From positions 906,822 to 970,821 of the forward strand of contig NW_003314334.1 of the NCBI RefSeq assembly GCF_000143415.4: 64,000 bases of DNA, in the 5' to 3' direction. The first letter of the stretch is position 1. Each line of letters begins with the position of its first letter. The notes beneath the pieces were generated by a model. It searched no databases. It was not told where the DNA came from and saw only the letters and a program-made list of their open reading frames with translations. The position numbers and the translations under genes were made by a program. This DNA is from Selaginella moellendorffii (lineage: Eukaryota > Plantae > Lycopodiophyta). Shown piece after piece: positions 23,644 to 35,977 of this stretch.

Positions 23644-26600
23644 GAGGATAGTATGGTGTCAACGTTTTGTGTCGGATTTTGAACTTGGTGGTGAGATGTT
23701 CAATCATTTCATTGATGAAGTGGGTGCCTCTGTCGGTGACGAGTTCGAGTGGTGTGCCAAAACGAGTGATGATATTTTTGTAGATGAAGTTTGCTGTTGC
23801 TTTTGCTGTGGCGTGTCAGAGAGGTATTGCTTCAGCCCACTTGGTAGTGTAATTGATGGCATTGATGATGTACTGATTTTGCCCTTCTCAGATGTGGTTT
23901 GCGACTTTGCGCTTCCGTTCAAAGGTCGAGACGGCCTCGTGTAGAAGCTCGCAGAGATAGGTGCTGACTTGGTGTCCGACGAAGTCGAATCCCCATTTCT
24001 GAAATGGTGCCATCTAGAATGTCGGGTTGAGTTGCTGAGTCTGAGTTTTCAGTAGTAATCAGTGTCATTTGACATGTGTCGCAGCATCTGCAGAATTCTT
24101 CAGTGTCGTGCCAGAGTGTCGGCCACCAGAGGCCAGCTTAAAGAATCTTCTGAGTTGTGGTGTCAGCAGTGAAGTGTCCGCCGGAAGGTCCAGCATGAGC
24201 TTCCTTGATGATTTGAGTTGTGCTTGGCAGCTTGATGCATCGGCGAAGAATGTTGTCGATGCTGAGTTTGTAGAGACTGCCGCCAAAGACTGAGTATCAG
24301 CGGGTCTTAGTGACGAAAGTCTTCTTTTGGTCGGACGTGGTGTACCGGTCTAGAACTTTTGCTGAAATCAGGTAACTGAAGATGTTGCCAAGCCAGGTTG
24401 CCAGTATTGAAACTCGGAACAGGTTTGAGTTGGGTAAGTTGTCAGTGAGTCTTTCGGGTTTGTCGCCGGTGGTGATCCAGATGAGATAGTCATCTTGCTC
24501 ATGATTTTTGCCGGGTTTGTGGACGATTTCGAAGTTGTATTCTTGTAGTAAAAGGAACCATCTTGATATTCAATCAAATAGTATCGGCTTGTTGATGAGG
24601 TAAAGGAGTGTCTTGTGATCGACGAAAAGGACAACTTTGGTTGACAGTATGTTGTGTCAGAACTTCTGAAGTGAGTAGGCCATCTTTCTCTGTGGTGGTG
24701 TAGTTTCGTTCAGCTGGGTTGAGTAGTTGGCTAGCGTAGTAGATCGGTTGATCTCGGTTGTTGTGCTGAGTTTGATTGAGAATTGTGCTAGTGGCGATGT
24801 TGGAAGTGTTGACATGAATGTGGAACTCTTGTATCTAGTCGGGCTTGGTGAGGATCGGTGCTGTTGTGAGTTTGAATTAGAGTGTTGAATGTTTGTTCCC
24901 CTTAAGCCAACTAGAAAAGGGGCAATTGCTTGATGAGAGAGCCCTTAGTGGCTATTTTATCCCCTAAAGTTCTAAGGATCCACAGTGACAGTCATCCCAT
25001 GATCACATGCACTACAGTGTTAATGTTAGGTGATTTGTCTGTCGGTTTTCTAGTGTTGAGTCTTGGCATTGTTGTTGAGCTGGTGATGGCTGAGCTTCAT
25101 TGTCAGAGTCTAAAATCACTAATTCAGGTAGTCGTAGAGTGAGTTGCCATTGTATCTTGGCGACTAACTTTTGCTTCTTTTTCCATTCCCGAAGTTTTGT
25201 CAAGCTCTTTGGGCCCTTCTCTTCACTATCTTCAAAATCTCTGTCCAGTTGTTGTTTTTTTGCTCGAATTCATGCTCGGGTTTGTACTGCCATGACTTGA
25301 GGATCAGAGTCATCATTGTTGGCATAAGGTAGTTTGTCGGTCTCAACCATCCTTGTTGCTGGTAGTCACTATTAGTTCTGATCTTGTTGTCGAGGAGGCA
25401 GCGGACCAAGTCTTGGCAGACCTCCTTGGTTTTGAAGTCGAGGTTGCCATGGCCGGTTGTTGTAGTTGCTTTGGTAGCCCTGGTATTGATAACCTTGGCC
25501 TTGGTATCCTCAATTCTGGTATCTCGGGTATTGTTAGTATCCTTGGTTATAGTTGTCTTAGTTCTCCAGGTAGTTCCGATTTGGTGGGTATTGTCGATCA
25601 TTGTAGTTGTTGTTGTAGTTGTTGTAGTGAGGTTGATCATTCCATTGTCGACTCTGTTGTTGGAAGTTGTTTCTCGGTGGTCTCCAGTTTGTCAGAGGTG
25701 GTGCTAGGTAGTTGTCAAAGTATTGATTCAGATATGGTTGTTGAAACTACTGTCCGGATAGTTCAAGATTTGCCGAACTTTCAGAGAATTTCAAAATCTG
25801 CAAGTCTTGGCTTCATGACCTTCTTTGGCACAGATCTGGCATTTGGAGATTTAGAGTTTGCAGTCACTTGGTGGATGTCCTTCATTCTTGCACTTAATAC
25901 ACCAAATTCCAGATCGAAATTCTTTGATGTTGGCCTTGACCTTTCCCTTGAGTTTGTCAATTGTTTTCCTGAGTTTCCGAAGTTTTGACTTGGCATTCTC
26001 TCTGAGTTCATCGTCAGATTCGTCATTGGAACTACTGTCAGAATCTGAGTCGTCGGTGTCGTCGACTTGTGCTGTCATTCGTCAAGCTTGAACATCTTGA
26101 AGTGCTCTTGCTAGTTTGGGTAAGTGGCGATGTTGATGTGTGTCGCCACTTCTTGGAGGGATCGTCAGAGGCCTTGCATGTACCATTGGTAAAGTAAAGT
26201 TTCGGTGGTGTTGTTGCTGCATTTGCTGGCATGTCAAGTGAAGGTTTGAGAGTAGTCATCGATGGATTGACTGAACTTCTACTTGAGTTTTGGATCTTAT
26301 GAAGTTGTTTGCTTTGAGTGAGGGAAGACTTGAATTGGTCAATGAGCTTAAATGTGAGGTCATTGAAACTTGTATTTTGAGGAAGTGTTTGAGCCCATTC
26401 GTTGGCTCTCTTTCAAAGGGTACACTGGAAGTAGTATGGGAGTTTGGTTGTTTGGCTGTTGATTCAGATTGCTTCTTGGAACTATTTGACATGTTTCTCG
26501 GCATCTTCTGACTTCAGACCATGAAATAGTGGATACGAAACGTGTCTTCCGATGGGTATGTTGGCGATGGTGGTAGTGACTGCCATTTGCGGTTGGTAGT

Positions 26601-29337
26601 AATGTCGGTATTGTCAAGGTTGTTTTGTCAGGTTCTCACTGTGGAGTTTGAAGGTGATTTGTAGCAAGGGGTTGTTAGAGCAAGTTGGTGTAGGACGAAG
26701 CTGGTGAATTGTTGTTGTTGTTTAGTGGACTCTCCTCTGTTTTTTCTTCTTTCTTGGGACTCTTTTCAGGTGTGTCATCAACATTGTCGTCAGCAGTGGG
26801 TTGCTTGCCGGTGTTAATTTCCGGAAGATGCTGTTCGAATTTGTTGTCGACGTACTTATCGGAGTTATGTTGTGTTGGTTGTGGTTGTTCTTCTAGATTG
26901 TCGAAGAGTTCTTTGAGCATATAGTTGTGTGATGATTGTGGTTGTTGTTGAAGATTGTTGTTATCGACAATTGGTTCGTCGACTTCGTTGTTGTTGGATG
27001 TTGTAGCTGTTTGTCAGCTCGGTGTGAGTTGTCAACTTCTTCGTCGAGTGCTTGACTATTGGACGATTCGGGTTGTTCATCTTCACCGATGTTGACCGGG
27101 TATATCGGAGTGTGATTGTAGTGGGTGAAGTCGAGTTGTTGTCTTGTCAGTGCATTGAAGTCGAAAGCATGTTTGAAAGGTCTTGTTGATAGCGGGCTTC
27201 GGTAGATGTTGGATGCAAATGTCGGATATATTGGTGCTGTGAATATCGGTCGGTATGGCAAAAATGGTGCCAGTCTGGTGAAGTCTGTAAAGCCAAGTGG
27301 GAAACTCAGTCGTTCGTCATCACTGTAGATGGAGTTGGTGAATGTACCTTTGAACTGGTTATATGCTACTTGAAAAATGTTTTGTTGCTCAGGGATAGTC
27401 TATGTCAACTGCTCTAATGTTTGGTCGGGCTTGGGCACTTTGGTGGGTGCCGTCAAGGGTGCTGCCAGTGGTGTGTCCAGTGGTGTTGTGTAGTTGTTGT
27501 ATTCTTCGCAGATGTCCAAGACTAGTTTGTCGGAGTTAGCTCGCAGTAAGAATTTATGTCAGATGTAATTCTCTCTCTTGGAGGGTTTGATAGCTTGATT
27601 CAGCTTCTCTTGGTCTTTCTTTCTCCTTGTTTCTAAATTCTTCAAATCTCTATCTAAACGTTGGATAAGCTATTGTCGGGCTTCTTCTAACTTGCTGGAT
27701 GTTCTTCTTGATTTTGGATACATGCATTATTCTACTTGTTGTTGGTGTCACACTTGTGTTTCCTGTGATGTTGCAGATTTAATTTCGTAAAGCAATTGAA
27801 AATAAAACAACTCTAATTGTTCTAAGGGTCCTAGAAATTCTTCCCCATGGAGAAGTATGCCATTAGTCAATTGAACGAAGTGACTCCGGGGAAGGAGGTG
27901 TCAAGTCTTCTGTCGGATGAGTTCCTGAATGTCATCGGGGACTGTTCAAACTTGTTGGAGTAGTTGTGTCAAGTCAGTCATGCAGTTCTGTCAGAACTTT
28001 GGGAAGACTGTCAGCGGTCCAATTGTCGATAAAGTCATCAGGAATCGGGTAATGATAGATCTGGTCGACTTGTTTCTTGAGCTTGTTCTTTCTTTTCGAT
28101 GCAAATGTCGACGGTGGTGTGTGTTGAGTTGGGTTGTGTCAGGTCGAGTTGAGCTGAGTCGGGTTGTGTTTAGTCAAGTTGTGTTGGGTCGAGTTGGCTG
28201 GTGCAGTATGCAGACTGGTCGTCCACTTGCTGATGTTGAGATGGAGTTCGATGAAGAGTTTGGGATACTCGGGTTTGTCTGGAATGATTTCTTCAATAAT
28301 GTCGTTGAGTTGTTCAAGTCTGGATCAGGCGATGGCGTGATTGGCAAGAGTTGTTGTGGTGAACATGTTGACTTTGAACTGAGTTTGGACTGTCGCTTCT
28401 ATGCTGAGCTGCTGATTCTATCGGAGGGGTTGCTGAAAAATTGGTGGTGCTTTGTCAAGTTTTCCCTCAACGAGTTCTCTGACACTGGGTAACAGAGTGA
28501 TGGGTTCATCGTTGGTGCAGGTTCAGAGGATGTGCTTCGGTATTAGGAGTGGGCGCAGGAACTGGAATTGTGTTGGAGTGCTGGGATTGCCAGGTCGACA
28601 ACTGCTCAGAAGAGGGGTGTGTTTTGGCAGTGGTGTCAGTTTGTGTCAAGTGCACTAGTTGAGTTCTTGAGCTTGGAGTGTGTGTTCTTATGCTCAGAGT
28701 TGGAGTTGGCCAATGAAGTTGCCAAGGGCATCTGCTGATGGAGGTGCTGGTCGACTGGATGGTTGTTGGTGCAGAAACTCGGTTGTCAGTCAAATTGTGT
28801 CATGTCGGAGTTGTTGGAGTGCCTCGTCAGTGATTGGACTCGAAGATCTTGAGAGAGAGCTTTCAAATTCTTCAAAGATCTCCTCTGGGAAGCGTCTTCC
28901 TCTACTGCGTTGGGTGGTGACTGCTCGGACGCTCTTGATCCCTGTTGGTGGTGGCATTTTCTTGTCAAATCTTGACAAATCTTGGTGAGTTGGGTAGATT
29001 TCTTGATCTTTCTTGCTATATGTGCACAGAGAATGGAGAAAAAACTAAAGAATTTGTGAACCTAAAGGGGAATTCAGAGGTTGTGGTTGCCAAATGAAGA
29101 GGTGTGGATACTCCTCTTCGCTAGGTATCTACTACTAATGAGTAAACAAAGGGGGAAAGGGCCTGATCTCCAGAGGCTGAGAGGGAAAGATGAGTGAATT
29201 AGTGCTGTGTATTGATATGAAAACAATGAATGAAGATGGGGATCCATAACTTGGATTCCCCCCCTTAAAAGGCTGGCAGTTCTAACTGCTAGCATATGCT
29301 AATGAATGGTATATGCTGTGTATGATCAAATCTATCA
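22879..29337 (-). mobile_element. Degenerate, internally deleted non-chromovirus Ty3/gypsy retrotransposon
   Basis: Putative 5' LTR 29095-29337 followed by PBS-like TGGCAACCAC (tRNA-Arg-like). Gag with knuckle CIKCKNEGHPPSDC, RNase H (~24370-24880) and integrase (~23640-24300). PR/RT are missing. LTR remnant atgctgtgtatgatcaaatcta at ~22892. Confidence 0.8.
24890..25016 (-). mobile_element. Solo/truncated LTR of the TRIM family found at 55555-57050
   Basis: Reverse complement matches those LTRs (aaggggcaattgcttgatgagagagcccttagtggctattttatcccc...catgatcacatgcactaca). Confidence 0.9.
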
Positions 29338-30098
29338 CTTCGATGCAGCCCTAGGTTCAGGGTCGGAGTCCCCTGAGCCTGGTTTTTGGTTGATATAGTG
29401 AGCAAGATGGTCGTAGGACAATTCTACTGCAAAGTTTACACCTGTTCCAATATCCAGTACTCGAGATGGATATGAATGGATGCATTCCTCATTCTCTGCA
29501 TGCACAGGTGTACATGAACAAGTACAACTTAAAGATGCTAGCTCAAGGCTTGCAACTCTCTAAGGGTCTAGCTCCTTGAACTGAAAGGACCTGTCTCTCC
29601 TATTGCTACTGCTATTTATACTCTAAGACCTTTGGATCTGACGGTCCTCGGTGCTTGCTGGAGATCCTTTCTTGGCTGCAGTAATGCTCCTCCGCTTGTA
29701 TCCTGTGTCTGCTTCTGGGTTACAGGCTGAGGTCTATCCTATACCGTCTTGTTGCTGCTTTTGTCTTGTAGATCCACTGCTGGAATGAAATGTGCAAAAC
29801 TCCTAGCCTGTGCTTTTGCTGTTGTGGTTTTTATTGAGAGTAGGTAGACAGCCACGTGGCTGACACGTCACATAGGGAGACACGTCCGGTTGATTCTTTT
29901 TTTTGGTGGTTGTTTCAATCTGGAGAATCTGTTGTCAAGGAGACGAAGACAGCAACTTAGGATGTGTAGGTGTGCACGAGCAGCAGCACAACGCATCACC
30001 AAACGCATTGAAGCGAGGAGGAGGATGGTTCAGTTGGTTAGGGTTCTTCAAAACTGGAACCGAGTGGATAGGAGCGTCTCCTAGGGAGATGGCTACGC

Positions 30099-33000
30099 TG
30101 AAACGAACAAGAGAGCGAACCCTAGGCCAACCTCCCAACCCTTAAGGCGTTACGGCCTTAAATCCCACAGGCCATGGAATATTCTCGGAATATTCCCGTG
30201 GTTCATGTCATTCTCCCCTCCCTCATGACCCAGCCACATACGGTAGCCTCGAGAAGCTAAACGAGCCTCAAATGAAGGGAGTCCAAGGCAATACGGCCAT
30301 GGAGAAAAGATGTGCAAACGGCAACACCAACGTCGCAACAAACGGTCACGAAAGAAAGAAAGCAATACGGCTTTCTCACATGACAATACGGTCATGGAAA
30401 ACAAGAGAATGAGAATAGAACAAACGGCTCAAATCATATAGCAATACGGCTATAGAACTCAATTCTCCTCTTCCTCAGGAATGTCATCCAAGTCATAACC
30501 AAAACTCGGAAACACTCTCTTCACGTCATCCTCCGTTTCCCATGTAGCTTCGTCCATGGAATAACCATTCCACTGAACTAACAACTCCCTAGTTGTCTTT
30601 CGGCGTGTTTTCACCAATCTTTGAGCAAGAATATTGGCCGGACCAGCCTTCTCTGCATCAATCTCTGGAACCTGGATGATGGACTGATCCACGATATCAC
30701 CAGAGTGCAAACACGCTTTAAGCTTGCTCACATGGAACGTTGGATGAATCTTCGAACTAACTGGCAAGTCCAAAGTGTATGCAAGATCCCCTACACGCTG
30801 TAAAATTGTCCAAGGTCCACAATACCGTGGAGACAACTTAGCACTGCCACCTCCTTTTAGAGACCGTTGTGCATCCGACAGCTTAAGGAAAACCTTGTCA
30901 CCAACTTTGTACTCTTGATGACGACGATGCTCATCAGCCAATCTTTTGTCTCGTTCTTGAGCTTGCCTCATGTTCAATTTTGCCAACTCAAGCTTGTCTT
31001 GCATATCCTCCAGGAAATCACAAGCATGAGGAACTCGAACCAAAGCCAAATTCAAACTCACAGGAGACCTAGGCTCATAACCATACATCGCCATAAAAGG
31101 AGACATGCCAATAGCCGATTGATGAGCGCTATTGTGAGCAAACTGAAGCAAAGGCAAGTATTTTTCCCATACTCCCTGTCGAGTCAAGTTTCCCACAAAA
31201 GACCGTAGCATATCTTCTAATAGCTGATTCATGCGCTCTGTCTGCCCATCAGATTGTGGATGCTCACCACTACTCATGCTCAGTTTAGTCTCTAGTTTTT
31301 CAAAGACCGTTTGCCAAAACTTGGACGTGAACTTAGGATCTCGATCACTCACAATGTCACCCGGCAAACCATAGAGACTGAATAACCGGTCTACAAACAA
31401 CTGAGCAAGTTCAGAAGCTTTTATCGTTGTCTTCACAGGGAAGAAGTGAGCCATCTTCGTCAAACGATCCACAACAACCCAAATAGCATCATTTCCTCGA
31501 AAGGTTTTGGGCAAACTAGTGATAAAGTCCATCGAGATGCTATCCCACTTATTCTCGGGTACACGTAAAGGATGATAGAGGCCAGCGAGCTTCTGATGAT
31601 CAACTTTGACCGCCTGGCAGGTCAAACAACCACGTACGTACTTCTCAACATCTGACTTCATCCCAGGCCAAAAGAAATGCCTCTTCACCAACATATACGT
31701 TCTCAATACCCCCGGATGCCCAGCACTTGGAACATCATGACACTCAACCAAAATCCGTTTGATGAGTTTGTCAACACGAGGAACCACAACACGTCCCTTC
31801 TTCACCAGGATTCCATTTCGTATTTCGAATGACGCAAACTTGTCACCCTTTAAATCTGTAGAGGCGTCCCTCAACAAAACCTTCGCACGAATATCAGTGA
31901 TGAAGGAGTCGAAGTCAGCAAACTCCTTAAGCTCATCCAAGAGATCGCTGGATAGCTTCACAAACGAGATAGAATTTACCATCCTGGATAATGCATCAGC
32001 CACCTTATTATCACCTCCATGCTTGTACCGGATCTTAACAGACATTTCCTGCAGGAACTCTTGCCAACGAGCAAGATGGCCTCGAAGATCCTTTTGTCGA
32101 CTGAAATATTGGAGAGATTGATGGTCTGAATCCACATGGAAGTCCGATCCATATAGATAATGTCGCCATTCCTTCACAGCAGCAATCACAGCATATAACT
32201 CCTTGTCTCGAGTAGACCAATTCCGCTGTGTGGCATCAAACTTATGGCTCATGTACGCAAGAGGATGCCCAACTTGAAGCAAAATGGCTCCAATAGCAAT
32301 GTCACTTGCATCTGTCTCAACAACAAGAGGCTTTTCAGGATCAAAAATCTTCAACACCGGAGCAGAGACACAACACTGCTTCAAACGTTGAAATGCCACT
32401 TCACACTTCTCATCCCAACCATGAATAGTAGCATGTTTCGACGTATTCTGGAGAAGATCAGTTAAAGGGGCTGCTATCCCTGAAAAGTCCTTCACAAATC
32501 GTCGAAAAACTCTAGCCATACCAAGGAAACTACGGAGATCATGCACTGTGGAAGGTATAGGCCAATCAACCACGGCCTGAATCTTTGCGGGATCAGCTCT
32601 CACTCCATGTACCAAAATCAAATGCCCGAGATATCCAATCTCCTCTAAAAAAAACTCGCACTTGGATAACTTCGAGTAGAGCTTGTTGTCCCTCAAAAGT
32701 TGTAAAACACTTCGCACATGCATCTCATGTTCCTCCATGGAAGAGCTGAATACCAGGATATCATCAAAATAATCAATTGCAAACTTTCCCAAGTAAGGTT
32801 GTAGAACGTGATTCATCAATCTCTGAAAAGTTGCAGGAGCATTTGTCAAACCAAACGGCATCACTAAAAACTCGTAGTGACCTGTCCTTGTCCGAAATGC
32901 AGTTTTCGGAACATCCTCTGGCTGGACACAAATCTGATGATATCCTTGCCTCAAATCAATCTTCGAAAAATATCGAGCTCCACGAAGACGATCAAGCAAA

Positions 33001-35136
33001 TCATCGATACGAGGGATCGGGAACATATTCTTCACTGTCCTATCATTTAATCCCTTGTAGTTCACACAGAGACACCATGTACCATCTTTCTTTTTGACCA
33101 TCACCACTGGAGCAGCCCAAGGAGACTTACTGATCCGTAACCACCCTTTCCGAAGGTATTCAGCAAGCTGCCTATTAATCTCCTCATCTTCAGCGGGACT
33201 AGTACGAGTCGGTTGTCGCTGAAAAGGAGTAGCTCCCGGAACCAAGTCAATTTCATGCTGAATTCCACGTTCTGGAGGCAAACCATCAGGTAACTCATCC
33301 GGAAATACGTCACGGAACTCCTCCTGAATGGAATCCACCTGTGCCTCATGCCTACGAACGTACTCCAAATCAGACATGATCATATTAGAAAGAAACGGGT
33401 ACACCACAAAAGAATTAGCTATCTCATGCATGCATGTAACCAACTCCAAAGCGTTAATCAATGGAGTATCACTATTGTCTGTCCCGACAATCTCTTTGAT
33501 AGTGCCACCAACTTCGATACGCAGAACATTACGCTCCCAATCGATCCCTGGCTTCCTGTCATAAAACCATTCCTTCCCAAGAATAACGTCTGTGCGACCA
33601 AGATCCATAACCTGAAACAAAGGATGGTCGAGAATCCCTTGAACCGTCAAAGGAACACTCGGAGCCCATTCACCGTAAACACGAGTGCTATGTCCATCTG
33701 CCATAACCACCTTGTAGATTACTGAACTCTTTTCCACAGGCAAACCAAGTTTTGTCACCACCTTAGAGCTCAAAAAATTGTGTGTAGCACCTGGATCGAA
33801 AAGAATACTAACAGCATGTCCTTGAATGTCCCCCTTGGCCTTCACAAGTTGATTGCGCATAGAACCATTAATCTCTATAGAGTTGATACGAACTCGAGAC
33901 TTAGATTCTTGAACTTTTGCCACAGGGTGTGGAAGAGCCACCACAGCAGATGCCTGAACTGTATCCACGATGGATTCCACCGCATTCACCTTAGCATTCT
34001 TTGATCCCTTCACAAGAGGACAATCCTTGCCATGATGTCCAGCCTTATGACAACGAAAACAATTGCCCTCCACCTTGTCCTTCTCTCGTTGGTCTAACCG
34101 ATGTCTTTTTGCCTCATTGTCATCTCCACTCTTCAAGCTACGACGAAGCAATGGCCGTTTCTTCCCTGAAAATGAAGTATTGGTGGGTTGGTCATCACGT
34201 TGACCACCCCGGAGACCATCCGTTTGACCAGCGTTGACCGAATTGACCGACGGTTTGGGCGAAAAGATTTGAGCCTTAGTGATAGCATCAGTCAATGTTG
34301 CTGGAAAATCCTTCTTGACCTTCTGCTGCACATCCACTGAGCTCAATCCTTTGATAAAACATTGCACCTTTAGCAGCTCATTATAGGTGCCCGTGAGACT
34401 AAGGCAAAGATCACGGAACTTGCGGGCATACGCATCCAAAGACAAAGTCCCCTGCCGGATCTCTAACAACTGATTCACGAGATCAACCTCTTCAAACTTC
34501 TTGACAAACGAAGCGTGGAAAACCTTTATCAAATCAGTCCAAGAAGTCGGCATCGGATTAGCTTTGATGTAGTTCTTCCACCACGAAGAAGCATGGCCCG
34601 TAAGCTTCGTCACAAAGAAATCTATCTTCACCTTATCCTCACAAGGATTGTGAGACCAACAACTTTCCCACAATTCCAACCAAGAATCAACCTCTTGACT
34701 ATCACAAACATCCGGTGATGATTTCCATTCCACGATACCATAATCCTTGACATGCTTGACGTACCAATGGTAATCACGGACATGAGATTGATTCAACCCT
34801 TGAGGGTTCATGCGAAGCAAGAAATCCTTGATGAGATTGACGGAATCCTTAACCTCCTTTATGTCGCTTTGAACTGCAGAAATCTGGCGTCCTTGCCGCA
34901 CAACAACATCATCAAGAGTCTCTTCTGCATCGTCATGGCTATCCTCACTAACGCCATACTCCTCATCAGGATCAATATCTTGCTCTCCCGCCATCCCCAA
35001 AAGAACGTGCTGCTCCAATACCAATGAAACGAACAAGAGAGCGAACCCTAGGCCAACCTCCCAACCCTTAAGGCATTACGGCCTTAAATCCCACAGGCCA
35101 TGGAATATTCTCGGAATATTCCCGTGGTTTGTGTCA
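30099..35136 (-). mobile_element. Full-length Ty3/gypsy chromovirus (Reina-like), 5038 bp
   Basis: 112-bp TG..CA LTRs at 30099-30210 and 35025-35136 with 3 mismatches. TSD TACGC (30094-30098, 35137-35141). PBS TGGTATTGGAGC (iMet-like). PPT adjacent to 30211. Confidence 0.97.
30459..34994 (-). CDS. Gag-Pol polyprotein (gag, zinc knuckle, PR, RT, RNase H, IN, chromodomain), single open frame
   Basis: CFRCHKAGHHGKDC, LFDPGATH, KIDLRQGYHQI, YFDD, ETDAS, HHCC, SMDFI, SDRD, DGQTER, GPW and LVQWNGYSMDEATWE. Confidence 0.97.
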   Translation of the reverse strand: MAGEQDIDPDEEYGVSEDSHDDAEETLDDVVVRQGRQISAVQSDIKEVKDSVNLIKDFLLRMNPQGLNQSHVRDYHWYVKHVKDYGIVEWKSSPDVCDSQEVDSWLELWESCWSHNPCEDKVKIDFFVTKLTGHASSWWKNYIKANPMPTSWTDLIKVFHASFVKKFEEVDLVNQLLEIRQGTLSLDAYARKFRDLCLSLTGTYNELLKVQCFIKGLSSVDVQQKVKKDFPATLTDAITKAQIFSPKPSVNSVNAGQTDGLRGGQRDDQPTNTSFSGKKRPLLRRSLKSGDDNEAKRHRLDQREKDKVEGNCFRCHKAGHHGKDCPLVKGSKNAKVNAVESIVDTVQASAVVALPHPVAKVQESKSRVRINSIEINGSMRNQLVKAKGDIQGHAVSILFDPGATHNFLSSKVVTKLGLPVEKSSVIYKVVMADGHSTRVYGEWAPSVPLTVQGILDHPLFQVMDLGRTDVILGKEWFYDRKPGIDWERNVLRIEVGGTIKEIVGTDNSDTPLINALELVTCMHEIANSFVVYPFLSNMIMSDLEYVRRHEAQVDSIQEEFRDVFPDELPDGLPPERGIQHEIDLVPGATPFQRQPTRTSPAEDEEINRQLAEYLRKGWLRISKSPWAAPVVMVKKKDGTWCLCVNYKGLNDRTVKNMFPIPRIDDLLDRLRGARYFSKIDLRQGYHQICVQPEDVPKTAFRTRTGHYEFLVMPFGLTNAPATFQRLMNHVLQPYLGKFAIDYFDDILVFSSSMEEHEMHVRSVLQLLRDNKLYSKLSKCEFFLEEIGYLGHLILVHGVRADPAKIQAVVDWPIPSTVHDLRSFLGMARVFRRFVKDFSGIAAPLTDLLQNTSKHATIHGWDEKCEVAFQRLKQCCVSAPVLKIFDPEKPLVVETDASDIAIGAILLQVGHPLAYMSHKFDATQRNWSTRDKELYAVIAAVKEWRHYLYGSDFHVDSDHQSLQYFSRQKDLRGHLARWQEFLQEMSVKIRYKHGGDNKVADALSRMVNSISFVKLSSDLLDELKEFADFDSFITDIRAKVLLRDASTDLKGDKFASFEIRNGILVKKGRVVVPRVDKLIKRILVECHDVPSAGHPGVLRTYMLVKRHFFWPGMKSDVEKYVRGCLTCQAVKVDHQKLAGLYHPLRVPENKWDSISMDFITSLPKTFRGNDAIWVVVDRLTKMAHFFPVKTTIKASELAQLFVDRLFSLYGLPGDIVSDRDPKFTSKFWQTVFEKLETKLSMSSGEHPQSDGQTERMNQLLEDMLRSFVGNLTRQGVWEKYLPLLQFAHNSAHQSAIGMSPFMAMYGYEPRSPVSLNLALVRVPHACDFLEDMQDKLELAKLNMRQAQERDKRLADEHRRHQEYKVGDKVFLKLSDAQRSLKGGGSAKLSPRYCGPWTILQRVGDLAYTLDLPVSSKIHPTFHVSKLKACLHSGDIVDQSIIQVPEIDAEKAGPANILAQRLVKTRRKTTRELLVQWNGYSMDEATWETEDDVKRVFPSFGYDLDDIPEEEEN

Positions 35137-35977
35137 TACGCCTTCTCCCCCTCCTTCCCCTCCACCTCCTCCTCTTTCTCCCCTTCCTCCTCCAATCCCT
35201 TCCATCACTGTCAGCGCCTCCAAAATTCACAGCCACTGATTTTTCAATCTGGAAACGACAGATTGAATACTACCTAGATGAATGTGGATTGTGGGGAGTG
35301 ACAGCACGAGACCTTGAACCTGGTGCAGCAGCTCCTCAAGATGAAAAGGACAAATGGGCTGCGCTTAATCGCAAAGCCCTTGGTAAGTTCTTCCAGGTGT
35401 TGGACACAAGGGGCCGTGGCACGGTGCACAAAGGCATGTGAGGTGTGGGCGACCCTCACAGCAACCCACAAGCAGCAGACACCAGCCAATCGTGTGCATT
35501 TTTGCCGGAAGCTCTACTCCATGACAATGTCTGAGGTTGATGATCTTCATTGCTGCTGTCAAGAAAATTTTAGATGACTTGATTGCCATGGGAGCGCAAA
35601 TGGATGAAGCTGAGGAATGTGAGCATCTCCTCAGCACGCTCCTATCCTCCTTCGACACAACTATTCAGTTGTTGCAACCAGTCCCAGGCAGTCAACTTTC
35701 TTGGCCAGAGGTCACAATGGCATTACAAAACACTGTTTTGTGCCACAAGTTGATGGAGAAAACTGAGACTTCCTTATACAACACCACTGCAAGAACAAGC
35801 AAGAAAAAATCGTCACGTTCCAGTGGGAGTTCTTCCAACACAAAGACATTTGCCCTTTGCCCACATTGCAAGAAAACTAATCATGCAGAAAACAACTGTT
35901 AATTCAAGTATCCAGAGAAACAATTGAAAACAAAGGCTAAGGCATTAATGGTTCATCAACCCAATGAACCATCATTC

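Larger units (their letters stand above)
29820..35928 (+). mobile_element. Truncated Ty1/copia (rearranged LTR plus gag), left arm of a palindrome, interrupted by the chromovirus
   Basis: 29843-30098 and 35137-35928 mirror 35978-37064. Gag KFTATDFSIWKRQIEYYLDECGLWG and knuckle CPHCKKTNHAENNC. Confidence 0.85.
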
